The notes beneath the pieces are model-generated. The model did no database searches, had not been told where the DNA came from, and saw nothing but the letters and a program-made list of their open reading frames with translations. 64,000 bases of DNA from Planctomycetota bacterium (lineage in GTDB: Bacteria > Planctomycetota > PLA2 > JAEUHO01), in contig CBDCTJ010000003.1 of assembly GCA_965222115.1 (NCBI GenBank), positions 224,001 through 288,000 on the forward strand, given 5' to 3'. How positions within the stretch are numbered: position 1 is the stretch's first letter; every line of letters begins with the position of its first letter. Positions 46,546 to 56,281 of this stretch are shown in pieces. Made by a program: the position numbers and the translations under genes.

Positions 46546-48630
46546 CTAACGCGCTGGAACGAGTTGGCGAGCAGCGGGATCGTTCTTGAGCGCCACCCGC
46601 AACATATCGAATAACGTCTTCTCGGCGCCAAGCGCCCGGTACGCAGCAACGATAGCTCTCACGAGTTTTTCGCGTGGCACGCGAGGGTCTTCGGCATGTT
46701 CGGGACGGGATGTGATGGGGCGGCGATCACGCAGAATCGCGATCACGATCTGCTCTTCGATCGTCCCCGCTACATCCGGGCGCTTGCCAAGCTTGCCTAT
46801 GGCCGCCACGATAGACGTTGCCATTTCGCAAGCGATACGAAACTCGTGAAACGGTACGCGCTTTCCCTTCACGCCGCGGTAGCGCGTTGAAACATCGCCA
46901 AGGGCCCACACCAAATCGCGTGACGAATCGGGATGCGCAATCGCCGCCAATGCATCGGCGGCCGTTCGCACGAGGCGCGGATCTTTGGACCCGCGCACCA
47001 TGGCAGTGAGTGGATCGAGGGCGTCCTTGTCACTCCACTGCCCGAGTAGCCACGCGCCCCAGAGACGCGCATACACCGGTGCCGCTTCATCGGCTACCAA
47101 GGCGCGCACTTTGGCACCACAAGCAGCCTTACTTTTCCCACCGCGCAAATAGTCTGCGGCAGGCTCGGACTCTGTGGTCCCCTTGATGAGCGTGTCCAAC
47201 CACGCTTTATGCCCGGCGTCGGATGGAACCGACGCGCCCCACGCACCCTCGGGCGGACCCAAGGCGAGCAACTCAGCTTGAGACGGTGTCCGTTCAAATG
47301 AACTTGCGGGCCAGGCAGACTTTGCGCGCGGCCTGCGTTTGGGCATAACGTAGCGCCGCCAATCGTTCAACGCAACCGGCGGGAGACCGTGTGCCTCCTT
47401 CGGCAACTCGCAATACACAAAATCAGCCGAGGTCTTGGCCAATCGCTCGGCGGCCTTACGAACGGGCGCAACGTCAAAGACCGTGTCGGCTTCACCGTGG
47501 TATAGCCAAATGGCGGTTCTTTTCGATGTGAGGCCCTTCAGACCCCTGGGTTGATCACCGGCCGCAATGCCAATCGACGCATAGTCCTGGCCGCGGCGCG
47601 AAGCGATAAAACGCACGCCATCGGCCCCGCCCCCCACGCCAAGTAAGTGAATGCGATTCAGATCAACATTCCAACGCGCGCAAACTTCTTCGATCACGTT
47701 CGTAACCCAAGCGTCGTTTGCAGTGGTTCCCCATGGCGCTTCCAACGCGTGGGGCGCCACCAAATACCAACCCTCCGCCGCGGCAACGTCTTGTAGGAGG
47801 ACCATCATTTCCGCGCCGGACCCTTGGGGCGGCAATTTTGGATCTTGGTGTGCGATCCCTCCACCGTGAAGCGCAACAACGAGCGGGCGTGGTGTGAACA
47901 CATCCACATTCTCGGGCGCGAAAAAGCTGTAACGCGCCTGGGCGTATTCATCGGCGCGCAGAGAGGGCGTCTGCTCATCGTGGCGACCTCGAGGCCGCAT
48001 CACGGCACGCGCTACGCGCTCGGACCATGCGTCTGAAAAACCCGTGGCGCCAGTGCGTCGAAGGCTCGCGATTCTCCGTTTTCGAATGGCACCCAACGAT
48101 TCACGCGCAATTTGTCGTAGCGTTCTCAGGTGTCCAGGCTGCAAGGCAATGTGCTTTGAACGAACGGTCGCTGCCTTCTTCGCACCACCGATGGCCTTGA
48201 GTGCTTCGGCGTGCTTGGGATCGATGCGTAGGATCTCGGCGGCAAGTCGCTCGATCTCGGGGCGGAGTCTTGCCACCTGAGCTGTGCGCATGAGGTCGAC
48301 GCGTCGGTCAATGTCGCGAGGGCCCAATTCAGCCAGTGCGCGATAGGTGCCGTCTTGGGGAGGATGAGGCGACACGTCCATAACGTCGAGGGTGCGCATG
48401 CGTCGCACACCCAAGGTCATCTCAGGAAGGGAACATCCGAAAGTGTTGACGCGACTTTCGCGCTCGCCACGAAATAGGTATCCACGAACCTTTTTGCCGC
48501 CTCGCAGTGTGATTTCGTCGGCGTGTACCGTTAGCGCTGACACGAGCAGAAGACTTAACGTGAGGAAACAACGACGAGTCACGAGGCTAAGCGGTGGCCT
48601 CCGTTTCACTGGCGAGCGGTAGGGGCTCAT
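46546..48630 (-). CDS. Exported alpha/beta-hydrolase-fold protein with HEAT repeats; nucleophile Ser absent
   Basis: PLVVALHGGG, VDLNRIHLLGVGGGADG, YHGEAD, EAHG; signal ending VHA; C-terminal HEAT repeats. Confidence 0.75.
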   Translation of the reverse strand: MSPYRSPVKRRPPLSLVTRRCFLTLSLLLVSALTVHADEITLRGGKKVRGYLFRGERESRVNTFGCSLPEMTLGVRRMRTLDVMDVSPHPPQDGTYRALAELGPRDIDRRVDLMRTAQVARLRPEIERLAAEILRIDPKHAEALKAIGGAKKAATVRSKHIALQPGHLRTLRQIARESLGAIRKRRIASLRRTGATGFSDAWSERVARAVMRPRGRHDEQTPSLRADEYAQARYSFFAPENVDVFTPRPLVVALHGGGIAHQDPKLPPQGSGAEMMVLLQDVAAAEGWYLVAPHALEAPWGTTANDAWVTNVIEEVCARWNVDLNRIHLLGVGGGADGVRFIASRRGQDYASIGIAAGDQPRGLKGLTSKRTAIWLYHGEADTVFDVAPVRKAAERLAKTSADFVYCELPKEAHGLPPVALNDWRRYVMPKRRPRAKSAWPASSFERTPSQAELLALGPPEGAWGASVPSDAGHKAWLDTLIKGTTESEPAADYLRGGKSKAACGAKVRALVADEAAPVYARLWGAWLLGQWSDKDALDPLTAMVRGSKDPRLVRTAADALAAIAHPDSSRDLVWALGDVSTRYRGVKGKRVPFHEFRIACEMATSIVAAIGKLGKRPDVAGTIEEQIVIAILRDRRPITSRPEHAEDPRVPREKLVRAIVAAYRALGAEKTLFDMLRVALKNDPAARQLVPAR

Positions 48631-49486
48631 GCGGGCCTGGACCGGGATTGGGACGCTTACACATGAACCAAACGATAAGCCCCGCGAGCATCATGCCGAG
48701 GCATAGCCCCTGCCCCTGTGTGCAAAATCCAAGGAAGTAGTGGGGACCCAGCTTGGCGTCCGGCTCGCGCGCGTACTCGATGAAGAAGCGAAACAAGCCG
48801 TAGAGCATCAGGAAGAGCGCCGCGATGCGACCGGCGCCTATGCCCACCTTCAACATGAGGTAGCGCAAAAGGAAATACATCAAGATGCCTTCGAAGAACA
48901 TTTCGTAGAGCTGGCTGGGGTGTCGCAAATCGGCGAGCATGGGCCTACCCATTTTTTCCCAGTTGTCGGGATTGGTCCCGTAATTGGGGAACCGCATGCC
49001 GACCCACGAATCGGTGACGCGGCCCCACAACTCGGCGTTGATAAAGTTGGCAAAGCGCACACTCGCAATGCCAAGCGGGGTTGCGAGCGTAAGACCGTCG
49101 AAGAGGTCACCCAACTTGGCCTTGGTACGCCAGCAGTAGATGACATAGGCAAGGATGACGCCGAGCAGGCCACCGTGAAACGACATGCCGCCATCTGTGA
49201 CGCGCCAGATCTTGCTCCACGCAAAATCCCCTTCCGGAATCATGTAGAACAGGATGTACCCGACGCGTCCGCCGAAAAAGACGCCCAAGATGCCCCAAAA
49301 CAAGACGTCGGCCACGCGGTCTGCGGGCACCGGCCAGCGGCCACGACGCGCCAACATACGCAACACGAGGAAAGCAAGCAGGAATGCGACAATGTAGGAG
49401 ATCCCGTACCACCGCACCGGATGACCGAAAACGGTGAATGCCACCGGATCAATGCGCGGATAGGGAATCTCAGCGAGTGGAAGCAA
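48587..49486 (-). CDS. lgt: Prolipoprotein diacylglyceryl transferase
   Basis: VRWYG, GGRVGY, GGMSFHGG, RFANFINAELWGR, HPSQLYE, RFFIEYAREPD. Confidence 0.96.
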   Translation of the reverse strand: MLPLAEIPYPRIDPVAFTVFGHPVRWYGISYIVAFLLAFLVLRMLARRGRWPVPADRVADVLFWGILGVFFGGRVGYILFYMIPEGDFAWSKIWRVTDGGMSFHGGLLGVILAYVIYCWRTKAKLGDLFDGLTLATPLGIASVRFANFINAELWGRVTDSWVGMRFPNYGTNPDNWEKMGRPMLADLRHPSQLYEMFFEGILMYFLLRYLMLKVGIGAGRIAALFLMLYGLFRFFIEYAREPDAKLGPHYFLGFCTQGQGLCLGMMLAGLIVWFMCKRPNPGPGPHEPLPLASETEATA

Positions 49487-49667
49487 CGGGGACTCCTCGG
49501 CGCCTAGGTCGGCGCGGAGCCGATTGTATGGCGCTACCCGGCCAGACGAATGGCGATGGCGAGAGATTCAATCGTGGCCTTCGCGCATTCAGCGCCTCGT
49601 TCGCGCATTTCACTGGGCATCCTACAATCCAGCATTGGGCCATCGACGCCTGCTCGGAGATGCAACC

Positions 49668-50519
49668 GTGGCAACGAAAATTTCGATACTCTCACTTGTC
49701 GTCGGGCTAAGCGGACTTGCGCTGGCGACGTATGTAATGGCCACCCGACCCGCGCCGCACGAAATCATCGAATCCGATGCTTCCTCGTTAGGAGAACAAG
49801 TCGCACTGCTTGAAGAGCGCATGCGAGACCTGGAGCGCGGATCGACAGATGCCCCCATGTTGATGCCTTCGACACACACAAGGGACGACGAGCCCATAGC
49901 GCGCAGGAACGAACCGACTTCACGATCCGACGTAGAAGGCGAAAGCGCATCGATAGGTGCCAAACACGACGATGATGCGGCCACGTCGGCAACCGTGCAG
50001 ACGCTCGTCGATCAAGCGGTGGCGAAGCAAGTGGCAGAGATTCGCTATAAGCAACGCAACAAGAAGCCGCCGTTGGAAAAGCTCGCGGCCATCTTGGGGC
50101 TCAATGAGCGGCAGATCGAGGAGACCGAACGCGAAGTGGTGCGCGGCCAGCGAGAGATCGTGGATGTACTCAACGTCGTCGCCGACGACGGGTACAACTA
50201 CTACGATCTCGTGGTCGAAATCTCCGCAGCGGGCATCGCCAAAGTCAAGCCTCCTATGGGGTGGGGCGAGTGGGTCAAACGCGTCAAGTCGGTCAACGCC
50301 CCGGGTACGGATGAGAGCTTCGCGACCCGGGTTGAATCCGTGAAACGCAGCATGCGCGAACGCTTTCGAAGCGTGTGGTCGGAAGATCAATACGCCGAAT
50401 ACGAGTCGTGGGGTGTCGATCCGTTCCAGATCACCCACATCGAGGGCAGCCCGGGCGACGCGCTGCGGGAGCGCATCAAGGAACGCGCGGACGAGCTAGC
50501 AGCCGACGCAGATCGCTAG
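49668..50519 (+). CDS. Hypothetical membrane-anchored protein
   Basis: GGAG RBS before GTG 49668; N-terminal TM helix, coiled coil, acidic linker, helical C-terminal domain. Confidence 0.7.
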   Translation: MATKISILSLVVGLSGLALATYVMATRPAPHEIIESDASSLGEQVALLEERMRDLERGSTDAPMLMPSTHTRDDEPIARRNEPTSRSDVEGESASIGAKHDDDAATSATVQTLVDQAVAKQVAEIRYKQRNKKPPLEKLAAILGLNERQIEETEREVVRGQREIVDVLNVVADDGYNYYDLVVEISAAGIAKVKPPMGWGEWVKRVKSVNAPGTDESFATRVESVKRSMRERFRSVWSEDQYAEYESWGVDPFQITHIEGSPGDALRERIKERADELAADADR

Positions 50520-50762
50520 CCCGGAGTATTCATGAAGCGCGCGTCGATGAGTTACCAATCGTGCAACAAGATGCCGTTCGCCTCCAAAATTTAATTGAGT
50601 CAGGCACTTACAATGTGTTCTCGCGAAGGATTCGTGGTCAAGATCGAAGCGGTGGTTCTGAGGCGATGCCAAAAGCATCGTCGAACGGTTCTCCGCAAAG
50701 AGATTTGGACTCGAAGACCAGCGAAAACCGCGCGATTTACGTCAGTTCATGAACACTCCGGG
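50520..50762. mobile_element. MITE-like non-autonomous element (243 bp) with 17-bp imperfect terminal inverted repeats (family A)
   Basis: Left CCCGGAGTATTCATGAA, right TTCATGAACACTCCGGG; flanks CTAG and TTAA; fills the entire gap between two convergent stop codons; AT-richer interior with no transposase. Confidence 0.75.
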
Positions 50763-51959
50763 TTAAACTCGAAGTTTGGCGTAGCGCCTTCGGCCAACGC
50801 GCAATACTTCGCCGCCTTTGAGCGCGAGTTGTGCCTGCCAGTCATCGATGCGGACTTCGTCGAGGTAGACGCCGCCGCCTTGGATGGCGCGGCGTGCGTC
50901 ACTGGTGCTCTTGGCGAACCCGCACGCCTTTAGTACGGCAACAATCCACCATGTGCCCGCGTCACCGGGAGCGCCCGCATCGACTTCGGGTATGTCCGTG
51001 GGCGCGCGCTTTTGACTAAAAACGCGCGTAAACTCTTCGCGTTCGGCGTTGCCTCGATCGTCGCCCCAGTAGCGTGCAACGAGTGCGGCGGCCATGGCCT
51101 TCTTGGCGTCCATGGGATTGCCCGCAAGCAGTGTTTCGATGTCGTTGTCCGTAAGATCCGTAGCCAATCGCATGTACTTGGGCATCAGCTCGTCACTCAC
51201 GCGCATGGCTTTACCAAACATGTCCTTGGGCGCTTCCTTGAGGCCAATGTCGTTCCCAAGGCTCTTGCTCATTTTCGCTTGACCGTCGGTGCCCTCAAGC
51301 AGCGGATTAATGAGCGACACCTGCGGGTCAAGACCTTCTTGCTCCATCAGGCGGCGACCCACGGTGAGATTGAATGTTTGGTCGGTTCCGCCAAGCTCAA
51401 CATCGGCCTTCACCTCGACGGAATCCCAACCCTGCATCAAGCAGTAGATAAACTCGCGCACGGAAATAGGTGTGTTGCTCTTCCATCGCTTCGCAAAGCT
51501 ATCGCGCTCCATCATCTGTTGCACGGTCATGCGATTGGTGAGATCCAAGATCTGATGGAAGTTCATTCTGGAGAACCACTCGCTGTTGCGCCGTACCTCC
51601 ACCTTGTCCATGTCGAGAATGCAGCCGATTTGGTCAAGCCAGGTGGCGAGGTTCTCTTCGATCTGCTCGGACGTGAGCATGGGGCGCGTCTTGTCCTTGC
51701 CCGATGGATCCCCCACCAACGCGGTAAAGTCACCAAGAATGAGCACCGCCTGATGCCCGATGTCCTGGAGCTTGCGCAGGTTCCAAAGCCCAATCCCGTT
51801 GCCGATGTGAACCGTCGTAGACGTGATATCGAGTCCGAGCTTGCATCGCAACGGCCTGCCGGACTCAAGCTTCTTCAAAAGCTCGTGTTCCGGAATCACG
51901 CTTTCGGTCGTGCGCGCGAGGGGCGCTAGGCGCTCAGCCAGCTCTGTGTTGGTGATCAC
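50763..51959 (-). CDS. tyrS: Tyrosine--tRNA ligase
   Basis: HIGN, IGDF-like GDFTALVGDPSG, ELGGTDQ, KMSKS, C-terminal S4 domain (STSDARRAIQGGGV). Confidence 0.96.
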   Translation of the reverse strand: MITNTELAERLAPLARTTESVIPEHELLKKLESGRPLRCKLGLDITSTTVHIGNGIGLWNLRKLQDIGHQAVLILGDFTALVGDPSGKDKTRPMLTSEQIEENLATWLDQIGCILDMDKVEVRRNSEWFSRMNFHQILDLTNRMTVQQMMERDSFAKRWKSNTPISVREFIYCLMQGWDSVEVKADVELGGTDQTFNLTVGRRLMEQEGLDPQVSLINPLLEGTDGQAKMSKSLGNDIGLKEAPKDMFGKAMRVSDELMPKYMRLATDLTDNDIETLLAGNPMDAKKAMAAALVARYWGDDRGNAEREEFTRVFSQKRAPTDIPEVDAGAPGDAGTWWIVAVLKACGFAKSTSDARRAIQGGGVYLDEVRIDDWQAQLALKGGEVLRVGRRRYAKLRV

Positions 51960-52000
51960 GCTCGAATCCCTCGGCCAGCCGTGCGTCGACTACTCACGAC

Positions 52001-52070
52001 GCGCCAAAAATACCTGGTTTCTGTGGCGCACCAACCGGCGTGCGCCACAAAAGCCAGGCTTTTGTGGCGC
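52001..52070. repeat. Family B palindromic repeat cluster: 2 x 29-bp units
   Basis: 52001-52029 is identical to 13829-13857; 52042-52070 GCGCCACAAAAGCC-A-GGCTTTTGTGGCGC is a perfect palindrome. Confidence 0.9.
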
Positions 52071-52071
52071 A

Positions 52072-53328
52072 TTAGTCGTCGAGGGAAGGGACGGGGGTGC
52101 GGTCCGTGAGATCGCGCTCCCACCAGTCGAGCCAGAGGCGCTTGTCGGGGGCGAGGCGGCGGTCCGAGAGCGTGGCGAGCCCGTCCATGATGACGTCCGC
52201 GCGTGACGATGTGCGCTCCAGTGCGTCGATGAGGGGGCGCCCGACCTTCTTGAGGGGCGCGCCCTGCATGCGTTCGCGCAGGAGCGCAATGCCGCCCAGG
52301 GCGGCGCGGTGAAGCGAGGGGTCGCCCTCTTCGAGCGCACGCGCAAGGATTTCCATAGCTTCTAGGCGACCGGAAGTGGGGACAAACTCACAAGCCACGA
52401 GCAGATGCGTAGGCGCCAAACTTCGAAGCGAGGCGCGCATGGACTCAAGCGGTTCTTCGGCGAGCGGCTCAAATCCCTCCGGCAATGCCACCACGCGACC
52501 CGACCGCACGCGCAAGTGTACCGTGCGGCGGCGTCCGCCTTTGTTTAGCAACGTCGGCCGCAACATACCGCCGAGACGCAACTCTCGTAGGCCGGATAGC
52601 GAACCGCCTGCGTCGCGTCGTGGAATGCGCACCCGGACCTCGTGAGTCCCGTTGGGCGCAATCTTGATGACTTCACCCGCTGCCTTGTACAGCGGAACAT
52701 TCACGGTCCAACGCCTGGCCATCTGCGTGGCATAGATATCGCGGTCGGTACGTTTGACATGGAGCGAAAGCGCCGTGGACGAATAGCCCTCGCGCGGATC
52801 ACGTGGGTTCTTCAGCATAATCGTCTCGTCACTCACGTTTCGGAGCCGCACGCGAAAGTCCACGGTCTCACCGAACGCCACATAGTCTTTGACGCCGCGT
52901 GCATCAACACGCAACAGACGCTCTTCGGCGCGACGGGTGGTAAGTTGAGCCTTGAGTTCGCGCATCTTGCCGGCCCACGGCTCATCGGGCATACGCGCAA
53001 GGCACACGTCGAGAATCTTGATGGCCTCGTCGTCATAGCCGCCTTGCGCATACCGCGCGGCAAGTTCAAACTTCTCCGCCCAACCAAAATCCTCTTCACC
53101 GACGGGTCGTTTCTCGCGAGTGGCGCCCTCTCGAACGCCCTTTCCGCGCGGGTTGGGAAAGATGATGGGATCGCGCGAAATCTCCTTCTCGTCGTCCTCG
53201 TCCTCTTCGTCGCCACCGAGCAGCGAAGTACTGCAACCGGCAAGCATGGGAACCCATGCGAGAGCGAACAGCGCAAAAAGTAGCGCGGGCGCGAATCGCC
53301 GTAGCAACGTCGCGCCCACCGTGTTCAT
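52072..53328 (-). CDS. Hypothetical lipoprotein (TPR-like helix pair, Ig-like domain, HEAT-like C-terminus)
   Basis: LAGC lipobox; start set at ATG 53328 just after the rpsA stop. Confidence 0.75.
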   Translation of the reverse strand: MNTVGATLLRRFAPALLFALFALAWVPMLAGCSTSLLGGDEEDEDDEKEISRDPIIFPNPRGKGVREGATREKRPVGEEDFGWAEKFELAARYAQGGYDDEAIKILDVCLARMPDEPWAGKMRELKAQLTTRRAEERLLRVDARGVKDYVAFGETVDFRVRLRNVSDETIMLKNPRDPREGYSSTALSLHVKRTDRDIYATQMARRWTVNVPLYKAAGEVIKIAPNGTHEVRVRIPRRDAGGSLSGLRELRLGGMLRPTLLNKGGRRRTVHLRVRSGRVVALPEGFEPLAEEPLESMRASLRSLAPTHLLVACEFVPTSGRLEAMEILARALEEGDPSLHRAALGGIALLRERMQGAPLKKVGRPLIDALERTSSRADVIMDGLATLSDRRLAPDKRLWLDWWERDLTDRTPVPSLDD

Positions 53329-53350
53329 GCCGAACTCGTTCGTCGTACCG

Positions 53351-55246
53351 CTATGCACCTTCTTCCGTAGATTCGCCGTCCTCGGGCTTCTCGTCTTCAG
53401 GCGTTTTGTCCGCGGGCGCCTCATCCGAAACTGCGGGCTCCGATGGCGCACCCTCTGCGGGTGTATCGTCTGCAGGTGTATCGTCTGCAGGTGCATCTGC
53501 GCTCTCGGTTGAAGAAGGGGCCTCGACATCGCTTGATGGTGTCTCGGCTGCGTCACCAGCCTGTGTTTCCGCACTCGCTTGCGGGGCGTCTTCGGTCGCT
53601 TCCGCAGCGGCAGGCGCACCGTCCTCATCCGCATTGCCACGAACCAAGGTGAGGGCAATCTTACGTTCGTCGGTATCGAGTCGAAGCACACGAACACGCA
53701 CCTTCATTCCACCCTGTAGATCGTCGTTGGGCGTGAGTTCGGATACGTGAATCAGGCCTTCCAAATCCTCGTCGAGTGCCACGAACATGCCAAAGTTGGT
53801 GACCTTCGTGACCGTCCCGTCGTGCTCGGTCTCGGGCGCGTACTTGCCCAAAATCTCATCCTGCCATGGGTCGAGCTGCAACTGCTTCATGCCGAGCGCA
53901 ATGCGCTTCTTATCGGGGTGCACCGAAAGTACAACGGCCTTTACCTTGTCTCCCTTGTCGATGACTTCTACAGGATTGGACACCTTCTTGGTCCACGACA
54001 TGTCGCTCACGTGGAGCAGGCCGTCGATGCCCTCTTCAAGCTCGATGAATGCACCGTAGCTAGTGAGGTTGCGCACTGTGCCTTCGACTTCGGTGCCGGG
54101 CGGGAAGCGCTGATCCACGTCGTCCCAGGGATTGCCGTCGGCTTGCTTCATGCCGAGCGAAATCTCCTGCTTGTCGCGGTTGATGTCGAGCACCACGACT
54201 TCAACTTCGTCGTTGACGCTCACCACTTCCTGCGGGTGATTGACGCGTTTGGACCAGCTCATTTCGCTGATGTGCACCAGGCCTTCAATGCCGTCTTCAA
54301 GTTTCACAAACGCGCCGTAGGGCATCACGTTGACGACGCGACCCTGCACACGGCTGCCCACCGGATACTTGAGTTCGACCGACTCCCAGGGCGAGGGGAA
54401 TTTTTGCTTGAGGCCCAGCGCAATGCGCTCGCGCTCAAGGTCAACGCGGAGGACCATGACTTCAATCTGGTCGTCGATCTTGAGCATGTCGCTGGGATGC
54501 TGGAGGCGGCTCCAGGACATATCGGTGATGTGCAACAAGCCGTCGATACCACCGAGGTCAACAAATGCACCGAAGTCGGCGATGTTCTTGACCACGCCCA
54601 CGCGAATCTGGCCGGGCTTGATTTCGGTGAGCAGTGACTTCTTGGCGTCTTCGCGCTGCTCTTCAATGAGCTTACGACGCGAAATGACGATATTCATACG
54701 CGGCTGGTCGATCTTGATAATGCGCGCTTCGATGTCTTTGCCGATGAAGTCGGAGATATCATTGGTGCGACGGATTGACACTTGACTGGCAGGCAAGAAC
54801 ACCGGCACGCCAATGTCCACCAACAGCCCGCCCTTGATCTTCTTCACGACGTGACCGCGCACATCGTCGCCTTCGCCGTATTCCTTGACGATGCGATCCC
54901 AACCCTTGATGCGGTCGGCTTTACGCTTACTGAGAACTACGCCGCCGCTGCCTTCGTCCACACTCTCAAGCAACACATCGACTTCGTCGTCAACATCCAC
55001 TTCATCGATGTTATTGAATTCTTTGGCCGAGATAATGCCCTCGGATTTATATCCAATGTCAATCACAACTTCATCGTTGCGGATGTCAACGATGCGACCG
55101 GTCACGACTTTGTTGGGAATGAAACCGTCAGATCCCTTGGTGTACTTCTCATCGAGATCGCCAGCCGTGCTGAGGATGGATGACACTTCGGCGTCGAGTT
55201 CAGCTTGAGTCTTGTCGTACTTACGAATCTTATCTTTTGCGCGCAT
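53351..55246 (-). CDS. rpsA: 30S ribosomal protein S1 with an acidic low-complexity tail
   Basis: Six S1 domains (DIGYKSEG, FLPASQ, FGAFVDLGGIDGLLHI, YGAFVKL..GIEGLVHISE and others); downstream of cmk. Confidence 0.97.
   Translation of the reverse strand: MRAKDKIRKYDKTQAELDAEVSSILSTAGDLDEKYTKGSDGFIPNKVVTGRIVDIRNDEVVIDIGYKSEGIISAKEFNNIDEVDVDDEVDVLLESVDEGSGGVVLSKRKADRIKGWDRIVKEYGEGDDVRGHVVKKIKGGLLVDIGVPVFLPASQVSIRRTNDISDFIGKDIEARIIKIDQPRMNIVISRRKLIEEQREDAKKSLLTEIKPGQIRVGVVKNIADFGAFVDLGGIDGLLHITDMSWSRLQHPSDMLKIDDQIEVMVLRVDLERERIALGLKQKFPSPWESVELKYPVGSRVQGRVVNVMPYGAFVKLEDGIEGLVHISEMSWSKRVNHPQEVVSVNDEVEVVVLDINRDKQEISLGMKQADGNPWDDVDQRFPPGTEVEGTVRNLTSYGAFIELEEGIDGLLHVSDMSWTKKVSNPVEVIDKGDKVKAVVLSVHPDKKRIALGMKQLQLDPWQDEILGKYAPETEHDGTVTKVTNFGMFVALDEDLEGLIHVSELTPNDDLQGGMKVRVRVLRLDTDERKIALTLVRGNADEDGAPAAAEATEDAPQASAETQAGDAAETPSSDVEAPSSTESADAPADDTPADDTPAEGAPSEPAVSDEAPADKTPEDEKPEDGESTEEGA
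53461..53490. repeat. 2 x 15-bp exact tandem repeat in the rpsA tail (PADDT), with degenerate flanking copies
   Basis: gtgtatcgtctgcag x2. Confidence 0.8.
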
Positions 55247-55322
55247 AAAGGTTGGTTACGAGTTTTCATGAAATGCGGCCTGAGTGCATGTGCCGTACGG
55301 CTGCTTCACGGGCGCCGCCAAG

Positions 55323-55345
55323 TTTCTCGTCACCGTGACAAGAAA
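55323..55345 (-). promoter_or_regulatory. Hairpin/palindrome in the rpsA leader
   Basis: TTTCTTGTCAC-G-GTGACGAGAAA on the minus strand, about 77 nt upstream of the rpsA ATG; no clear SD before the ATG. Confidence 0.4.
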
Positions 55346-55544
55346 TGATGCTTGGAGCGGACGGAGCACACTCGTGTCGCGCACGCAACGCCTGGTCCCA
55401 TGTCCTTTTCGAACTCGATCGCCTCCGTGGAACTCAACAAGTCCTACAAACCTCGATCGAATCTGCCTCGAGCGGCAAAGACAGGCACCAACGGATTCGC
55501 TGGTGTCCAAACAGGGTCCCGGCGACGTAGCGCGACAGCCTGGG

Positions 55545-56279
55545 TCAAGCGAGGGATCGTACCCGCGCCAGCACAGCCTCGGAAACCTCTTGCAGAGTCA
55601 TATGGGTGGTGTCGAGGCGCCAGGCGTCGACGGCAGCGCGCAGGGGTGCCACGGCGCGGCCCCGATCCAAAGCATCGCGGCGCTCGATTTGCTCCTGTAT
55701 GCGGCGCACATCGGCATCGTCCTCACCCCGCTGTTTGGTGCGGCGTTTGGCTCGTTCAGCGGGATCGGCATCGAGGTAAATCTTGACCCGCGCGGCAGGA
55801 AATATGACCGTCCCCATGTCTCGGCCCTCCGCCACGATGCGTCCGTTCTCTCGCGCGAAACGGCGCTGATTCTCCACCATGGCGCTGCGCACATCGGCAA
55901 TCGCGGCAACGATGGAAACCGCCTTGTCTATCGCTCCCGTTCGCAGCTGCGGGGTCACGTCTCTGCCATCCACTTTGACCGTCCCCGAGGGCAATAAGTC
56001 GATGCGGACGGCTCGTGCCATGGCCGTCACCGCAGCAGCGTCGTGAACGTCGATCTTGCGGCGAAAGCACTCGAACGTGAGCGCGCGATAGAGCGCGCCG
56101 CTGTCGAGATAGGCCCACTTGAGTTGTTTCGCCAGACCACGTGCGACGGTACTTTTGCCGGCACCTGCCGGACCGTCAATCACGACCACGATGGGCGGCG
56201 AAGGCTCCTGGGTTGACGACACGTTGTCCACATTCTCAGTCGACGCCGGTCTGGACGTTTCACCGTCATCTCCGGTCAT
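55545..56279 (-). CDS. cmk: Cytidylate kinase
   Basis: IDGPAGAGKST, YLDSGALYRA, AEGRDMGTVIFP, RRD..D..R.VAPL. Confidence 0.95.
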   Translation of the reverse strand: MTGDDGETSRPASTENVDNVSSTQEPSPPIVVVIDGPAGAGKSTVARGLAKQLKWAYLDSGALYRALTFECFRRKIDVHDAAAVTAMARAVRIDLLPSGTVKVDGRDVTPQLRTGAIDKAVSIVAAIADVRSAMVENQRRFARENGRIVAEGRDMGTVIFPAARVKIYLDADPAERAKRRTKQRGEDDADVRRIQEQIERRDALDRGRAVAPLRAAVDAWRLDTTHMTLQEVSEAVLARVRSLA

Positions 56280-56281
56280 CG

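Noticed and set aside
50595-50933. Small ORFs within or across the MITE-like element
   Set aside because: No transposase motifs; they overlap tyrS antisense and look like chance ORFs.
52001-52070. Integron attC, dif site or T-box upstream of tyrS
   Set aside because: No RYYYAAC/GTTRRRY ends, no XerD-type arm, and the 112-bp spacer has no T-box motif and is too short.
53329-53697. N-terminal extension of the lipoprotein ORF overlapping rpsA (track ORF 52072..53697)
   Set aside because: It is an alternate-frame shadow of the low-complexity S1 tail; a normal lipoprotein signal starts at 53328.
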